A stretch of 63,057 bases of DNA, filler included, from Octopus bimaculoides (Eukaryota): the NCBI RefSeq assembly GCF_001194135.2. It is 7 parts of 5 records of this genome, joined end to end, with 100 filler letters (N's around TTAATTAATTAA, not from the genome) between each part and the next. Parts side by side here need not be neighbours in the genome. Positions count along the whole stretch, not along the records: positions 24,884 to 33,280 come from NC_068996.1; positions 33,381 to 35,893 come from NC_068982.1; positions 35,994 to 46,214 come from NC_068981.1; 4 more parts are not named here. One strand, written 5' to 3'. A program made the position numbers and the translations under genes. Positions 25,634 through 36,462 of this stretch are shown piece by piece. The notes beneath the pieces were generated by a model that saw only the letters and a program-made list of their open reading frames with translations, made no database searches and was not told the origin of the DNA. Every line of letters starts with the position of its first letter. Position 1 is the stretch's first letter.

Positions 25634-25676
25634 TTCAGGCTGATGACGAGCAAAGGCTCAGAAACATGTCCCTGAA
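25634..25676 (+). ncRNA. Type I minimal hammerhead ribozyme
   Basis: UUCAGG-CUGAUGA-C-GAGC(AAAG)GCUC-A-GAAA-C-AU-GUC-CCUGAA: perfect 6-bp stem I, GUC site, palindromic ACAUGU stem III. Confidence 0.85.
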
Positions 25677-26632
25677 TGCTGGCTAGGCTGAGTGGAGGAG
25701 TTTGTCTCCCCCTCGCAAACATAAGGACACAGGAAATNNNNNNNNNNNNNNNNNNNNNNNNNNNNNNNNNNNNNNNNNNNNNNNNNNNNNNNNNNNNNNN
25801 NNNNNNNNNNNNNNNNNNNNNNNNNNNNNNNNNNNNNNNNNNNNNNNNNNNNNNNNNNNNNNNNNNNNNNNNNNNNNNNNNNNNNNNNNNNNNNNNNNNN
25901 NNNNNNNNNNNNNNNNNNNNNNNNNNNNNNNNNNNNNNNNNNNNNNNNNNNNNNNNNNNNNNNNNNNNNNNNNNNNNNNNNNNNNNNNNNNNNNNNNNNN
26001 NNNNNNNNNNNNNNNNNNNNNNNNNNNNNNNNNNNNNNNNNNNNNNNNNNNNNNNNNNNNNNNNNNNNNNNNNNNNNNNNNNNNNNNNNNNNNNNNNNNN
26101 NNNNNNNNNNNNNNNNNNNNNNNNNNNNNNNNNNNNNNNNNNNNNNNNNNNNNNNNNNNNNNNNNNNNNNNNNNNNNNNNNNNNNNNNNNNNNNNNNNNN
26201 NNNNNNNNNNNNNNNNNNNNNNNNNNNNNNNNNNNNNNNNNNNNNNNNNNNNNNNNNNNNNNNNNNNNNNNNNNNNNNNNNNNNNNNNNNNNNNNNNNNN
26301 NNNNNNNNNNNNNNNNNNNNNNNNNNNNNNNNNNNNNNNNNNNNNNNNNNNNNNNNNNNNNNNNNNNNNNNNNNNNNNNNNNNNNNNNNNNNNNNNNNNN
26401 NNNNNNNNNNNNNNNNNNNNNNNNNNNNNNNNNNNNNNNNNNNNNNNNNNNNNNNNNNNNNNNNNNNNNNNNNNNNNNNNNNNNNNNNNNNNNNNNNNNN
26501 NNNNNNNNNNNCTACTAGCCTGATAGACCCTGCTATGTCAAGATGGACTTATATATTCTTCCTCTGCTCTCTCCCACTTGGTTTTAATATGTTGCCACAT
26601 TTGTAATATGTCTTTTTTTCTACATTTTTTCG

Positions 26633-26721
26633 TGCAGCTGAAGATTGCTCTTCATATTGCATTTAAGGTAATGCTCGCATTACTTAAATAAATTGAAGTA
26701 GCATGAAACGTGCGTACTGCA
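26633..26721 (+). ncRNA. Type I hammerhead ribozyme with extended stem II
   Basis: UGCAG-CUGAAGA-(about 60-nt hairpin)-GAAA-C-GUGC-GUA-CUGCA; stem II pairs UGCU/AGCA, CUUCA/UGAAG, AUUUAAG/UUAAAU, GUAAUG/CAUUAC. Confidence 0.78.
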
Positions 26722-27468
26722 ATCACTTTTGAAATCCGTGTTGCTTATTGTTTGATTATATATATATATATATATATATATGGAAGTGTATGTGTACGTA
26801 TATATACACATGATTGCTCAGATTATTTCATTTCAAGGAGATGCCCCAGCATGGCTGTAGTCCAATGCTTGTTTGAAATAAACAAAAGAGAAAGGTAATA
26901 CACACACACATATATAAGCATGCATACATAGGTACGCACATACATGCATGCATGCATTCACTCACTCACACACACATACACACGCGCGCGCGCACACACA
27001 CACACACACATACACGCGCAAATGCTTATACAAATAAATACGTACACACATTCATGAAGCTATATGCAAGCAGCGAGTAAATTAGACTGACGGACAGGTA
27101 GTTAGACAAGCAAAGAGGCAGTCAGACAAACAGTCATACAGGCAGCAGACAGTCAAACAGGCAGACAGATGAACAGACAGAATGTCAAGCTTGTTTTGAC
27201 AAATATAATGTGGAATGCTGTTGTTCCTTTTCAGATCTACTTGAGCAGGTAAACTGACTGGTCATAATTGTGATGTTGCTCAACAACTTTGTTGAACACC
27301 TAACACGGCCTTTCACAGTTTCTATTCGTCTTGTTTGGTTTTGTTTTGGACGACTTTTCAATAATGTTCTCTAACAATAAACTCTGTAAGATATTGATAG
27401 GACACGACACAACTGAACTCCAGATTTTGTAATATATCGCCATTATGTCTGACGGAGTAAAAGTAAAC

Positions 27469-27469
<1 letters not shown>

Positions 27470-27557
<88 letters not shown>

Positions 27558-27566
27558 CAGACAGAT

Positions 27567-27600
<34 letters not shown>

Positions 27601-28318
27601 TCTTTTTATTATANNNNNNNNNNNNNNNNNNNNNNNNNNNNNNNNNNNNNNNNNNNNNNNNNNNNNNNNNNNNNNNNNNNNNNNNNNNNNNNNNNNNNNN
27701 NNNNNNNNNNNNNNNNNNNNNNNNNNNNNNNNNNNNNNNNNNNNNNNNNNNNNNNNNNNNNNNNNNNNNNNNNNNNNNNNNNNNNNNNNNNNNNNNNNNN
27801 NNNNNNNNNNNNNNNNNNNNNNNNNNNNNNNNNNNNNNNNNNNNNNNNNNNNNNNNNNNNNNNNNNNNNNNNNNNNNNNNNNNNNNNNNNNNNNNNNNNN
27901 NNNNNNNNNNNNNNNNNNNNNNNNNNNNNNNNNNNNNNNNNNNNNNNNNNNNNNNNNNNNNNNNNNNNNNNNNNNNNNNNNNNNNNNNNNNNNNNNNNNN
28001 NNNNNNNNNNNNNNNNNNNNNNNNNNNNNNNNNNNNNNNNNNNNNNNNNNNNNNNNNNNNNNNNNNNNNNNNNNNNNNNNNNNNNNNNNNNNNNNNNNNN
28101 NNNNNNNNNNNNNNNNNNNNNNNNNNNNNNNNNNNNNNNNNNNNNNNNNNNNNNNNNNNNNNNNNNNNNNNNNNNNNNNNNNNNNNNNNNNNNNNNNNNN
28201 NNNNNNNNNNNNNNNNNNNNNNNNNNNNNNNNNNNNNNNNNNNNNNNNNNNNNNNNNNNNNNNNNNNNNNNNNNNNNNNNNNNNNNNNNNNNNNNNNNNN
28301 NNNNNNNNNNNNNNNNNN

Positions 28319-28375
<57 letters not shown>
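27470..28375. repeat. (AGAT)n tetranucleotide array spanning an N gap
   Basis: AGAT runs on both sides of the gap. Confidence 0.9.
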
Positions 28376-28376
<1 letters not shown>

Positions 28377-28551
28377 GAGAAGGCGAAAAGAAAACAGAAA
28401 GAAAAAGAGGGTAATGGACAGCAGTAGGAGGAAGCGAGAGGGAGGGGGGAAAAGGAGGAGTGGGTGAGACGGGTGTAGACCATAGCCTGCAGGGACGTTT
28501 CAGATTTACTATTCACGCTCACATCCACACATAAACATGTGTGTGCGTTTA

Positions 28552-28584
<33 letters not shown>

Positions 28585-28618
28585 CTGTGTGTGCGTATGC
28601 GTTTGTGTGTGTACCTGG

Positions 28619-28658
<40 letters not shown>

Positions 28659-28999
28659 TGTGCCTGTGTACATGTGTGTGTGCGTAGGTTACAAGAGCTT
28701 AACCTATGTCAGACTGATACGGCAACCGAGTGTTTTGGTGGAATACGTTGCCGTTTTCCTGCTACTGTTGCTGTTGCTACTGCTGTTAAGGACTCATGTC
28801 GGCCATGATCGTACATTTTTTAAAATGAAACGGCGTTCCAAATACGACCACCAACATTGTTTTTTTTTTTACGGGTGTAGGAAACTGACAAAATCATTAG
28901 AAGTGTACTTTTCCTCATTTAAGCTTCTTTCTATATGGTGTAGTTTGAAAAAAGAGTTATCTGCTATGTCTAATATGTCAAGAATTCATGTAGAAACCA

Positions 29000-29300
29000 C
29001 GTCGTTAAATTCAGTGTTAGTCGCACGCGGGCGGGGCAAAGAGTGAAAAGTGTCACGTGTCCTGATGCAGGTAGCACCTTTCCTTCGTACGTTCCTAACT
29101 GTAAAGTTTTTTTATTTGACTTGCAGCAGCACCTTCAGGAATCAATGCGAGTTCTGAACGAGCGCCTACACTGTACTTACACTTCATCTTTGCTGAGTAG
29201 CATAGCTAGAGTGTGTGTGTGCCGACCGGGATAGTTTGTATTTGCCGATCCCTCTCTCCGTCCCTATTATAGGCTTATACAAACGAAATCAAAACTGCCG
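29000..29300. promoter_or_regulatory. CpG-rich promoter-like patch
   Basis: GGGCGGGGC at 29029-29037, CACGTG at 29054-29059, TATA-like motifs, minus-strand AAAG-ATG-AAG-T|GTAAGT at 29187-29175. Confidence 0.3.
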
Positions 29301-29531
29301 ACTCTATAAAAGCATCAGCTGGGGCGGATTGACCTCATCGCTCACCTCAACCCCCAACGACGCTACAGAGCAATTTTTATGATCTAAGGCATTCCAGCTG
29401 TGACCGTCTCTTCTATTTTTGAACAGAGTGTAACCTCGAAATGCATTATGCATTGCATTCTTACTTAAAACGGTAGGGTGTTACTAGAGGAAGATTTGGC
29501 TGCTATTTCTAGCATGTGACGGTCGTGTTTA

Positions 29532-31082
29532 ATGTAGACTAATTAATCCAGCTAAAACTGAAATAGGTATTATTAGCAAATATATTTTAGATCGTATTTT
29601 AAGCAAGTTAGATAGTGAATTAAATTTACGGGTTTGGAAAAACAGCAAGTCAGTGATAGATTGGTTCAAAGGGATTAACCATAAGCAAATTTACGCAGTT
29701 TGATATTGTCGACTTTTACCCGTCAATATCTAGGCCTTTGCTTCTAAAAGCATTAGACTTCGTCAAGCAGTATGTCACAATCAATAACTCTGAAATAGAT
29801 ATTATCCTACATGCAAGGAAATCCCTTCTTTTTTTACGAAGATTCTGTCTGAATCAAAAAGAGTGAGGATTCACTTTTCGATGTACCGATGGGGGCATAT
29901 GATGGGGCGGAGTCATGTGTTCTTACAGGAGCTTAATTTTTGCATAATCTGCATCTAGAATTCCCTTTTATAGATGCAGGATTATACAGAGATGATGGTC
30001 TTATAGTCACCCATAATTTAAACGGCCATGAGTTAGATAAACTTAGGAAGAATCTGATTACTTTCTTCCAAAGAATGAGCTTACGGATTACGATAGAAAG
30101 TAACCTTAAAAGCGTAGATTTTTAGATATCAACTTAGATTTACAATTAGATAAATTTAAACCTACCGTAAGCCCAATGAAAAGCTACGTTATATTAGCAA
30201 AGAATTCAATCATCCACCCGTAATTCTTAAGAACATAGTTAGTAGTATAGGAAGGCGTATATCATCAATTTCTTCGGATGAGACAGCATTTAAAAATGCT
30301 GCGCCGTATTACAATAATGCATTAAGGAAAAGTGGATTCTCGGAGAAGATCCAGTTTAGTCAAGTTAATTCTAGAAATAATAGGCCACATAGAACTAAAA
30401 CTAGGAAGGTTTTGTGGTTTAACCCCACATATGGCCGTAAAAACTAATATAGGTAAGGAATTCTTAAAATTAGTTTCTAAGCATTGTCAATCTAGCCATA
30501 AGTTCTATAGAATATTTAATAGGAGAACGCTGAAGATTAGCTATTCTTGTTGCAAAAACTTCGCCTCTTTTATTAGCCAGCATAACACAAAAATTATTAC
30601 AAACAACTACAGTGCCAAATCTAATCTGAGGAACTGCAACTTCAAAGATGAGACTTGCTGTCTGCTGGAAGGAAAATGTCTTGAAAAAGGTGTTGCTTAT
30701 AGAGCCAAAGTGCAAGTAGATGGCTCGCAAGAATATAAAACAGGATATATATATACAGGGGCTTCAGAGAATTCAATCAAGACTCGATTCTATTCTCACC
30801 GAAATTCCTTCCGATACCCCGAGAACAGGACAGCGACTAGTCTTGCAAAGCATGTCTGGGAATTGAAAGAGAACAACACCCGTCCTTTCAATGTAACCTG
30901 GAAAATTCTAGAAAGGAATATGGAGCTTATAGAAGACCTATGAAATGTAATCTTTGCCTCTCAGAAAAGGTCTTCATCTTGTTCCAGGATAAAAACGCTT
31001 TGAACCAGAAACGCGAGCTCTTAAATTCCTGCAGGCACGCCACAAAATATAAAATGTCAACTGACCAAATACCGTATGGGTA
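29532..31082 (+). mobile_element. Penelope-like element, RT + Cys-rich linker + GIY-YIG endonuclease (frameshifted)
   Basis: LINPAK, FDIVDFYPSIS, PMGAYDGAE, GLYRDDGL, WFNP, LKISYSC, C..LEGKCL..GVAYRA..YIYTG, CNLCLSEK; probable Naiad-type by motif resemblance (inference). Confidence 0.93.
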
Positions 31083-32369
31083 AAATGTTTTGACTTTCGA
31101 AATATATTTTTTGACTGTCGCATTTGAATTTCACTTTACACGGTATAGTTATTTTGCATCGCAACGCTAATGTATATTTCGACTTCATTTTTAAAAAAGC
31201 CTTCGACTGTTTTATAAATTTAATTTTAATCTTAAGCTTCACCGAGGTTTATTTTTATTATTTTTATTTTTATCTTTATTTTTTTACTCACGTATGTGAG
31301 TTATGTTACATCAAATTAATGTACAATTTCCTTATTTCCCATTTTGATATACTCACCGAACATTTTTTAAAAATTGTTTGCATATATACGTTATGATGTA
31401 GATATGTCTCTATATATTAATGTGTATGTATGTATTGTAGGTATGTATATGTATGCATATGCATGTATGTGTGTGTACGTATACATATGCGTGTGTGCAT
31501 GTGTATATATGCATACATATATAAATGTGTATGTATATGTGTGTATACTTTTATATATGTGAGCATGTATTTGCATACATATTTTTGTATTTTTGTATAT
31601 TTGTTTGCGTATTCATATGTGTGTATAACGCAGGCGTCTTCCTTGCAAGTAAGTTTAAACTTTATTTTTCTGACGCGACTCTGTCTACCTTTGTATCTTT
31701 CTCTCCCCCTCTCGTTCTTCCATCTGTTGTTCTCCGCCTCTCTCCTCCTCTACTATATCTCTTTCCACCTCCCTGTCTCTCTTTGCTCACCTATCTTCTA
31801 CTTCATCCCCCTTTTTTCTCCCTCTACCACTCTTTCTCCTTACCCTTCGCTGGTCATGTGTCTGGCTACTTCTCTTCCTTTCATATCTTCGCTTTTGCGA
31901 AGCTCACACGAACATTCTTCGTCTCCCTTCCAATTCGTTGCTTCACAGCGTTCAGTATACACATATTTTTTTCCACGTCTGGCCGTATAGCCTTTCTTGT
32001 TTGTTCTCACTGTTTCGTTTTCCTGTTTTGTTTTCTGTCCGCCACTACATTCCTCCACGGTACAAATTTAATTGGAATTAAATTTAATTTAAATTTAATT
32101 TGTGGTGCGTGGGAAGAGCCATTTTAAGGATGTCTTGCCTTAACTCTTCGAAACGCCTGTGTTGAATGGTGGCAGCTGATGAAGGAAATGTTCTCTATGT
32201 GGCCTGTGTGTTTTCTGTACTTGTTTATCATTTTGTCTACGTTTTGTTTGCAATGTCCTGTACCCAGGTATGCATCTATATTTACAGGTAGATGTAAGTA
32301 TGTACATACATGTACGTATATATGCATATACTCATTTATTATTTGTATTATATATATTTATATATATGT

Positions 32370-32400
<31 letters not shown>

Positions 32401-32667
32401 ATTTTAAGTGTGCGTTTTTATGTGTTCGTTGCGCAAGCTATATAAAGTATCCAAACTTTGTTGGTTACTTATAACTCTCTGCCCCTATCTATTTTCCCCT
32501 TTCCCCCGCTAGTTCTCTGTTTCTTTTTCTTCTTCTCCACTGTTTTCTTCCTCCTCCCTATACTTAATATTTTCTGATTTTTTCCTTCTCTTTCTTTCAC
32601 CTGTAACAACTAACTTGTATAAGCATATGCCAGGAGATTTTATGCTCGTGCATGTGTGCGTATATAC

Positions 32668-32713
<46 letters not shown>

Positions 32714-33380
32714 ATATATATATGCATTTGTATATATATGCATTTGTATATATATTTATGTCTTGCCTATATATGTCTGTATATGTATGTAGCTATGTAC
32801 ATGCGTCTGTATGTTTTAGTGTACATATGTATATTATAAATGGTTTGATATGTGAATATACTGCTAAATGTATATGTAATACAACGTGAAATTTTGTTAA
32901 ACGGATATAACTTTTAATGTATTAACTGGTTAATATTTTACAAATAATTATTTACCTTGGGTATTTACACTCTTCTTTATAAGCTATTTTTGATTTAAGG
33001 TTTTCTTCGATTTTATAAGATTATTTTATACCGAAATTTGTTCAATGCATGCAACTAACTGGTCATTGTAAAAACCGTTAGTTGAAAGGACCAATGAAAC
33101 GAAACCATTTTCAAATGTGTATCCATTAAATTAATTGTATATGCTTGCTTATAACCTTATTTTTGTTCCATTCTAAACAAAACTGTCCGACGAACAGGAA
33201 CGTGAAACTGTGAGTAAAAGTTTTTGTGATTTTTTGCTGCTTTTTAATAAAGTATATATATATATATATTTATATATATANNNNNNNNNNNNNNNNNNNN
33301 NNNNNNNNNNNNNNNNNNNNNNNNTTAATTAATTAANNNNNNNNNNNNNNNNNNNNNNNNNNNNNNNNNNNNNNNNNNNN

Positions 33381-33761
33381 CAATGTTGTTGGCACTCCGT
33401 CGCTTACGACGTCGAGGGTTCCAGTTGATCCGATCAACGGAACAGCCTGCTCGTGAAATTAACGTGCAAGTGGCTGAGCACTCCACAGACACGTGTACCC
33501 TTAACGTAGTTCTCGGGAATATTCAGCGTGACACAGTGTGACAAGGCTGACCCTTTGAATTACAGGAACAACAGAAACAGGAAGTAAGAGTGAGAGAAAG
33601 CTGTGGTGGGAGAGTACAGTAGGGTTCGCCACCATCCCCTGCCGGAGCTTCGTGGAGCTTTAGGTGTTTTCACTCAATAAGCACTCATAACGCCCGGTCT
33701 GGGAATCGAAACCGCGATCCTGAGTCCGCTGCCCTAACCACTGGGCCATTGCGCCTCCACA
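33381..33761 (-). mobile_element. tRNA-derived SINE (family D), well preserved
   Basis: Minus head GTGGAGGCGCAATGGCCCAGTGGTTAGGGCAGCGGACTC..GGTTTCGATTCCCAGACC with A and B boxes. Confidence 0.88.
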
Positions 33762-33899
33762 TCGGAAACAATATATATATAATGAATATAATAAAAGTTG
33801 ACAAGTTTTTAAAAATTTTATATTTATTTTGTAAGCAAATAATACAATATTACATAAGCGTTTTATAAACATTTTATAAGCATTTTGTAATGTTTCTTT

Positions 33900-33963
33900 C
33901 TTTTCTGGAAACTCGCCGCGCACCGGCAGCTGATGGCTCGCGGACCGCCACTTTGAGTAGCAC
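33900..33963. mobile_element. Probable hAT (Charlie-like) terminal sequence
   Basis: GCTCGCGGACCGCCACTTTGAGTAGCAC resembles a Charlie-type TIR end. Confidence 0.4.
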
Positions 33964-34419
33964 ACCATTTTCCTTATACCTTTAAAAAACATTTTGTACA
34001 TCAGAGATTCCGAATCTGCAATTTTTTAGAATAAAAACATTACTTTCTTAAATCGTTATTTCAGTTCCAGTTTATTACAGATAAAATGTAATTTATTCAT
34101 TTTAATTGGCAATTGAAATACATATAAAACAAAATATGTTAATAATACACATAAGCTTAAAATGTAAACGGAATATATTTGTATACAAATTATAATATAT
34201 TATACACTTAAAAATGCATAACAAAATATATCATTTTTGAAATGCGAATGAAAGGAATTTATGTACAAAACGAAATATGTTCAAACGCTTTAAATGTAAA
34301 CAATATGTACTTATATACAAACAAAATGTTTATACACTTATTGGTACATAAAATAATTACAAGTTATAATTATAAAATATGATAAGAAATATTTGCACAA
34401 GGTTAGCAAGTTTGTGGTA

Positions 34420-34820
34420 TGGGGCTAAGTCGATTACATCGACCCCAGTGTTCAAATAGTACTTATTTTATCGATCGCGAAATGATGAAAAGCTAAGTTG
34501 GTCTCGATGGCAGGATGGTCATTCGCCCAGACATTCGTTGACGCTGCATTGAAGAAACCAAAGTACAAAAGGCCAAAGAAAAAACGCACTCAACACCAGA
34601 GCTGAAGGCACCTCCGAAAGTAGGGGGCGTCAAGTCGAAAACGGTTGAGGAATAGGGTCAGAAACCAGACGTGGTTCCTCCTGATGATGTCTTTAGCCAT
34701 TGGATCCTATAAAGGAGCTGTTGAGGTAGCGAACCACGAAACGTGGTTGTAATTCCTTTGAACTCAGAACGCGAAGACGGACGAAATGTTGGTAAGGATT
34801 TTGTCCGACGTGCAAATGAT
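34420..34820 (-). mobile_element. SINE family A split by a 240-bp insertion (34511-34750)
   Basis: Core sequence breaks after CTCGATGG and resumes at AATT..TTTGAACTCAGAAC. Confidence 0.75.
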
Positions 34821-35002
34821 CCTGCCAACTCACCACCTTGTATGATAATTACAGGACAGGGACCTCAGAATGTTCTCTCCACCAATCACGGTCTAATGTG
34901 AAGGCCGCGAATTTGAACTTGAGATCATACTAGTTTGATGAGCACTCTACCACACTGACTCAACGTGGCTTGGCAGAGGGATGCAGTTTGTATACTTATA
35001 GG

Positions 35003-35415
35003 TGCAGGAGTGGCTGTGTGGTAAGAAGCTTCCTTCCCAGCAACATGGTTCTGGGTTCGGTCCCACAGCGTGTCACCTTGGGCAAGTGTCTTCTACCATA
35101 GCCTCGGGCCGACTATTGCCTGTAAGTGGATTTGGTAGACGGAAACTGAAAGAAGCCCGTCTTAAATGTATTATGTGTGTGTGTGTATGTGTGTGTGTCT
35201 ATGTGTGTGTGTCTGTGTTTGTCCCCCGCCATCGCTTGACAACCGATGCTGGTGTGCTTATGTCCCCGTAACTTAGCGGTTCGACAAAAGGTACCGATAG
35301 AATAAGTGCTAGGCTCACGAAGAATAAGTCCTGGGGTCGATTTCTTTGACTAAAACCTTTTAAGGTAATGCTCCAGTATGGCCGCAGTCAAATGACTGAA
35401 ACAAGTAAAAGAATA
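35003..35415 (+). mobile_element. Full-length SINE family B with internal (TG)n
   Basis: tRNA-like head GGCTGTGTGGTAAG..GGTTCGGTCCC, CTTGGGCAAGTGTCTT, internal microsatellite, 3' GGCCGCAGTCAAATGACTGAAAC. Confidence 0.88.
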
Positions 35416-35424
35416 CCCAGGAGT

Positions 35425-35580
35425 AGTTAAGTCGATTACATCAACCCCAGTACTCAACTGGTACTTATTTTATCGACCCCAAAAGGATGAAAGGCGGAAC
35501 TTGAAAACAGAATGTAAAGACAGACGAAATACAGCTAGGCATTTCGCCTGGCGCACTAACGATTCTACCAGCTCGCTGCC
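35425..35580 (-). mobile_element. tRNA-derived SINE (family A)
   Basis: GTCGATTACATCAACCCCAGTAC..ATCGACCCCAAAAGGATGAAAGGC. Confidence 0.85.
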
Positions 35581-35847
35581 ATTGAATGAAATTATAAGTA
35601 GAAATACTGATTTTTAATTAGAAATATCTACATGTTGTGATTGACAATGGGAGCCCAAATTTCAGAGTCTCCAGCAAGCGAACCACAGATGGTTAAGTAT
35701 ATCATAGGATTTCACATTTGAATTCAATAGGTAGCCAGCATAGATAATTCGCTCAAATGCATTTACTTTCTTCCTCTAAAATTAATTAACTTACAAATCG
35801 CAACTGCACTAATGAAAGATGCATTCCAGAAGTAATTGAAAATTTTA

Positions 35848-35893
<46 letters not shown>

Positions 35894-36114
35894 NNNNNNN
35901 NNNNNNNNNNNNNNNNNNNNNNNNNNNNNNNNNNNNNTTAATTAATTAANNNNNNNNNNNNNNNNNNNNNNNNNNNNNNNNNNNNNNNNNNNNATATATA
36001 TATATAAAATACACTTTAATTGAAATAAAGTTTCCCCAAAATTAAACATATCTAATATAATTAATGTGAATGTCAGTATGTCACACTTTTTCATCTTTAA
36101 TAAATCCTTTCTAC

Positions 36115-36322
36115 TGGAAGCACAAGGCCTCAAACTTTCGGGGAAGGGATTAAGGCAATTACATCGACCCCAGTACTTAACTGGAACTAATTTTATTGAC
36201 CCCGAAAGGATGAAACACAAAGTCGACCTCCAGCGGAATTCGAACTCGAAACCTAACGGCAGACGAAATACTGCTAAGCATTTTGCCCGGCGTGCTAACG
36301 ATTTTGCTAGCTTGATTCTGCC
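36115..36322 (-). mobile_element. tRNA-derived SINE (family A)
   Basis: Same core, CpGs retained. Confidence 0.85.
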
Positions 36323-36462
36323 TTAATATAATATAATGATATAGTATAATATAATATAATAAATGTGAATGTCAGTGTGTCAAACTTTTTCGACTTTACT
36401 CCTAGAGGCCATAGCCCAACATTTTGGAATCAGGCTGACTCTGTGAGTAAACTAAAAACATT

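Noticed and set aside
27235-27248. 14-nt plus-strand micro-exon candidate (TTTTCAG|ATCTACTTGAGCAG|GTAAAC)
   Set aside because: Isolated, with no partner exons or homology
28485-28510. Minus-strand GAAACGTCCCTG half-hammerhead
   Set aside because: No upstream CUGANGA or stem II visible
30332-31082. Selenocysteine recoding in the PLE GIY-YIG region (TGA at 30941-30943)
   Set aside because: That TGA comes from a 1-nt frameshift; the correct frame reads YGAYRRPMKCNLCLSEK and conserved Cys codons are TGT/TGC
32110-32200. Possible hammerhead (GAAGAG..CTCTTCGAAAC, then CTGATGA)
   Set aside because: No intact CUGANGA before the stem and no NUH site; at best a decayed pLTR-type repeat
33700-33761. 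tRNA genes at SINE heads (also 35003, 51961)
   Set aside because: A/B boxes run straight into SINE bodies; no complete cloverleaf
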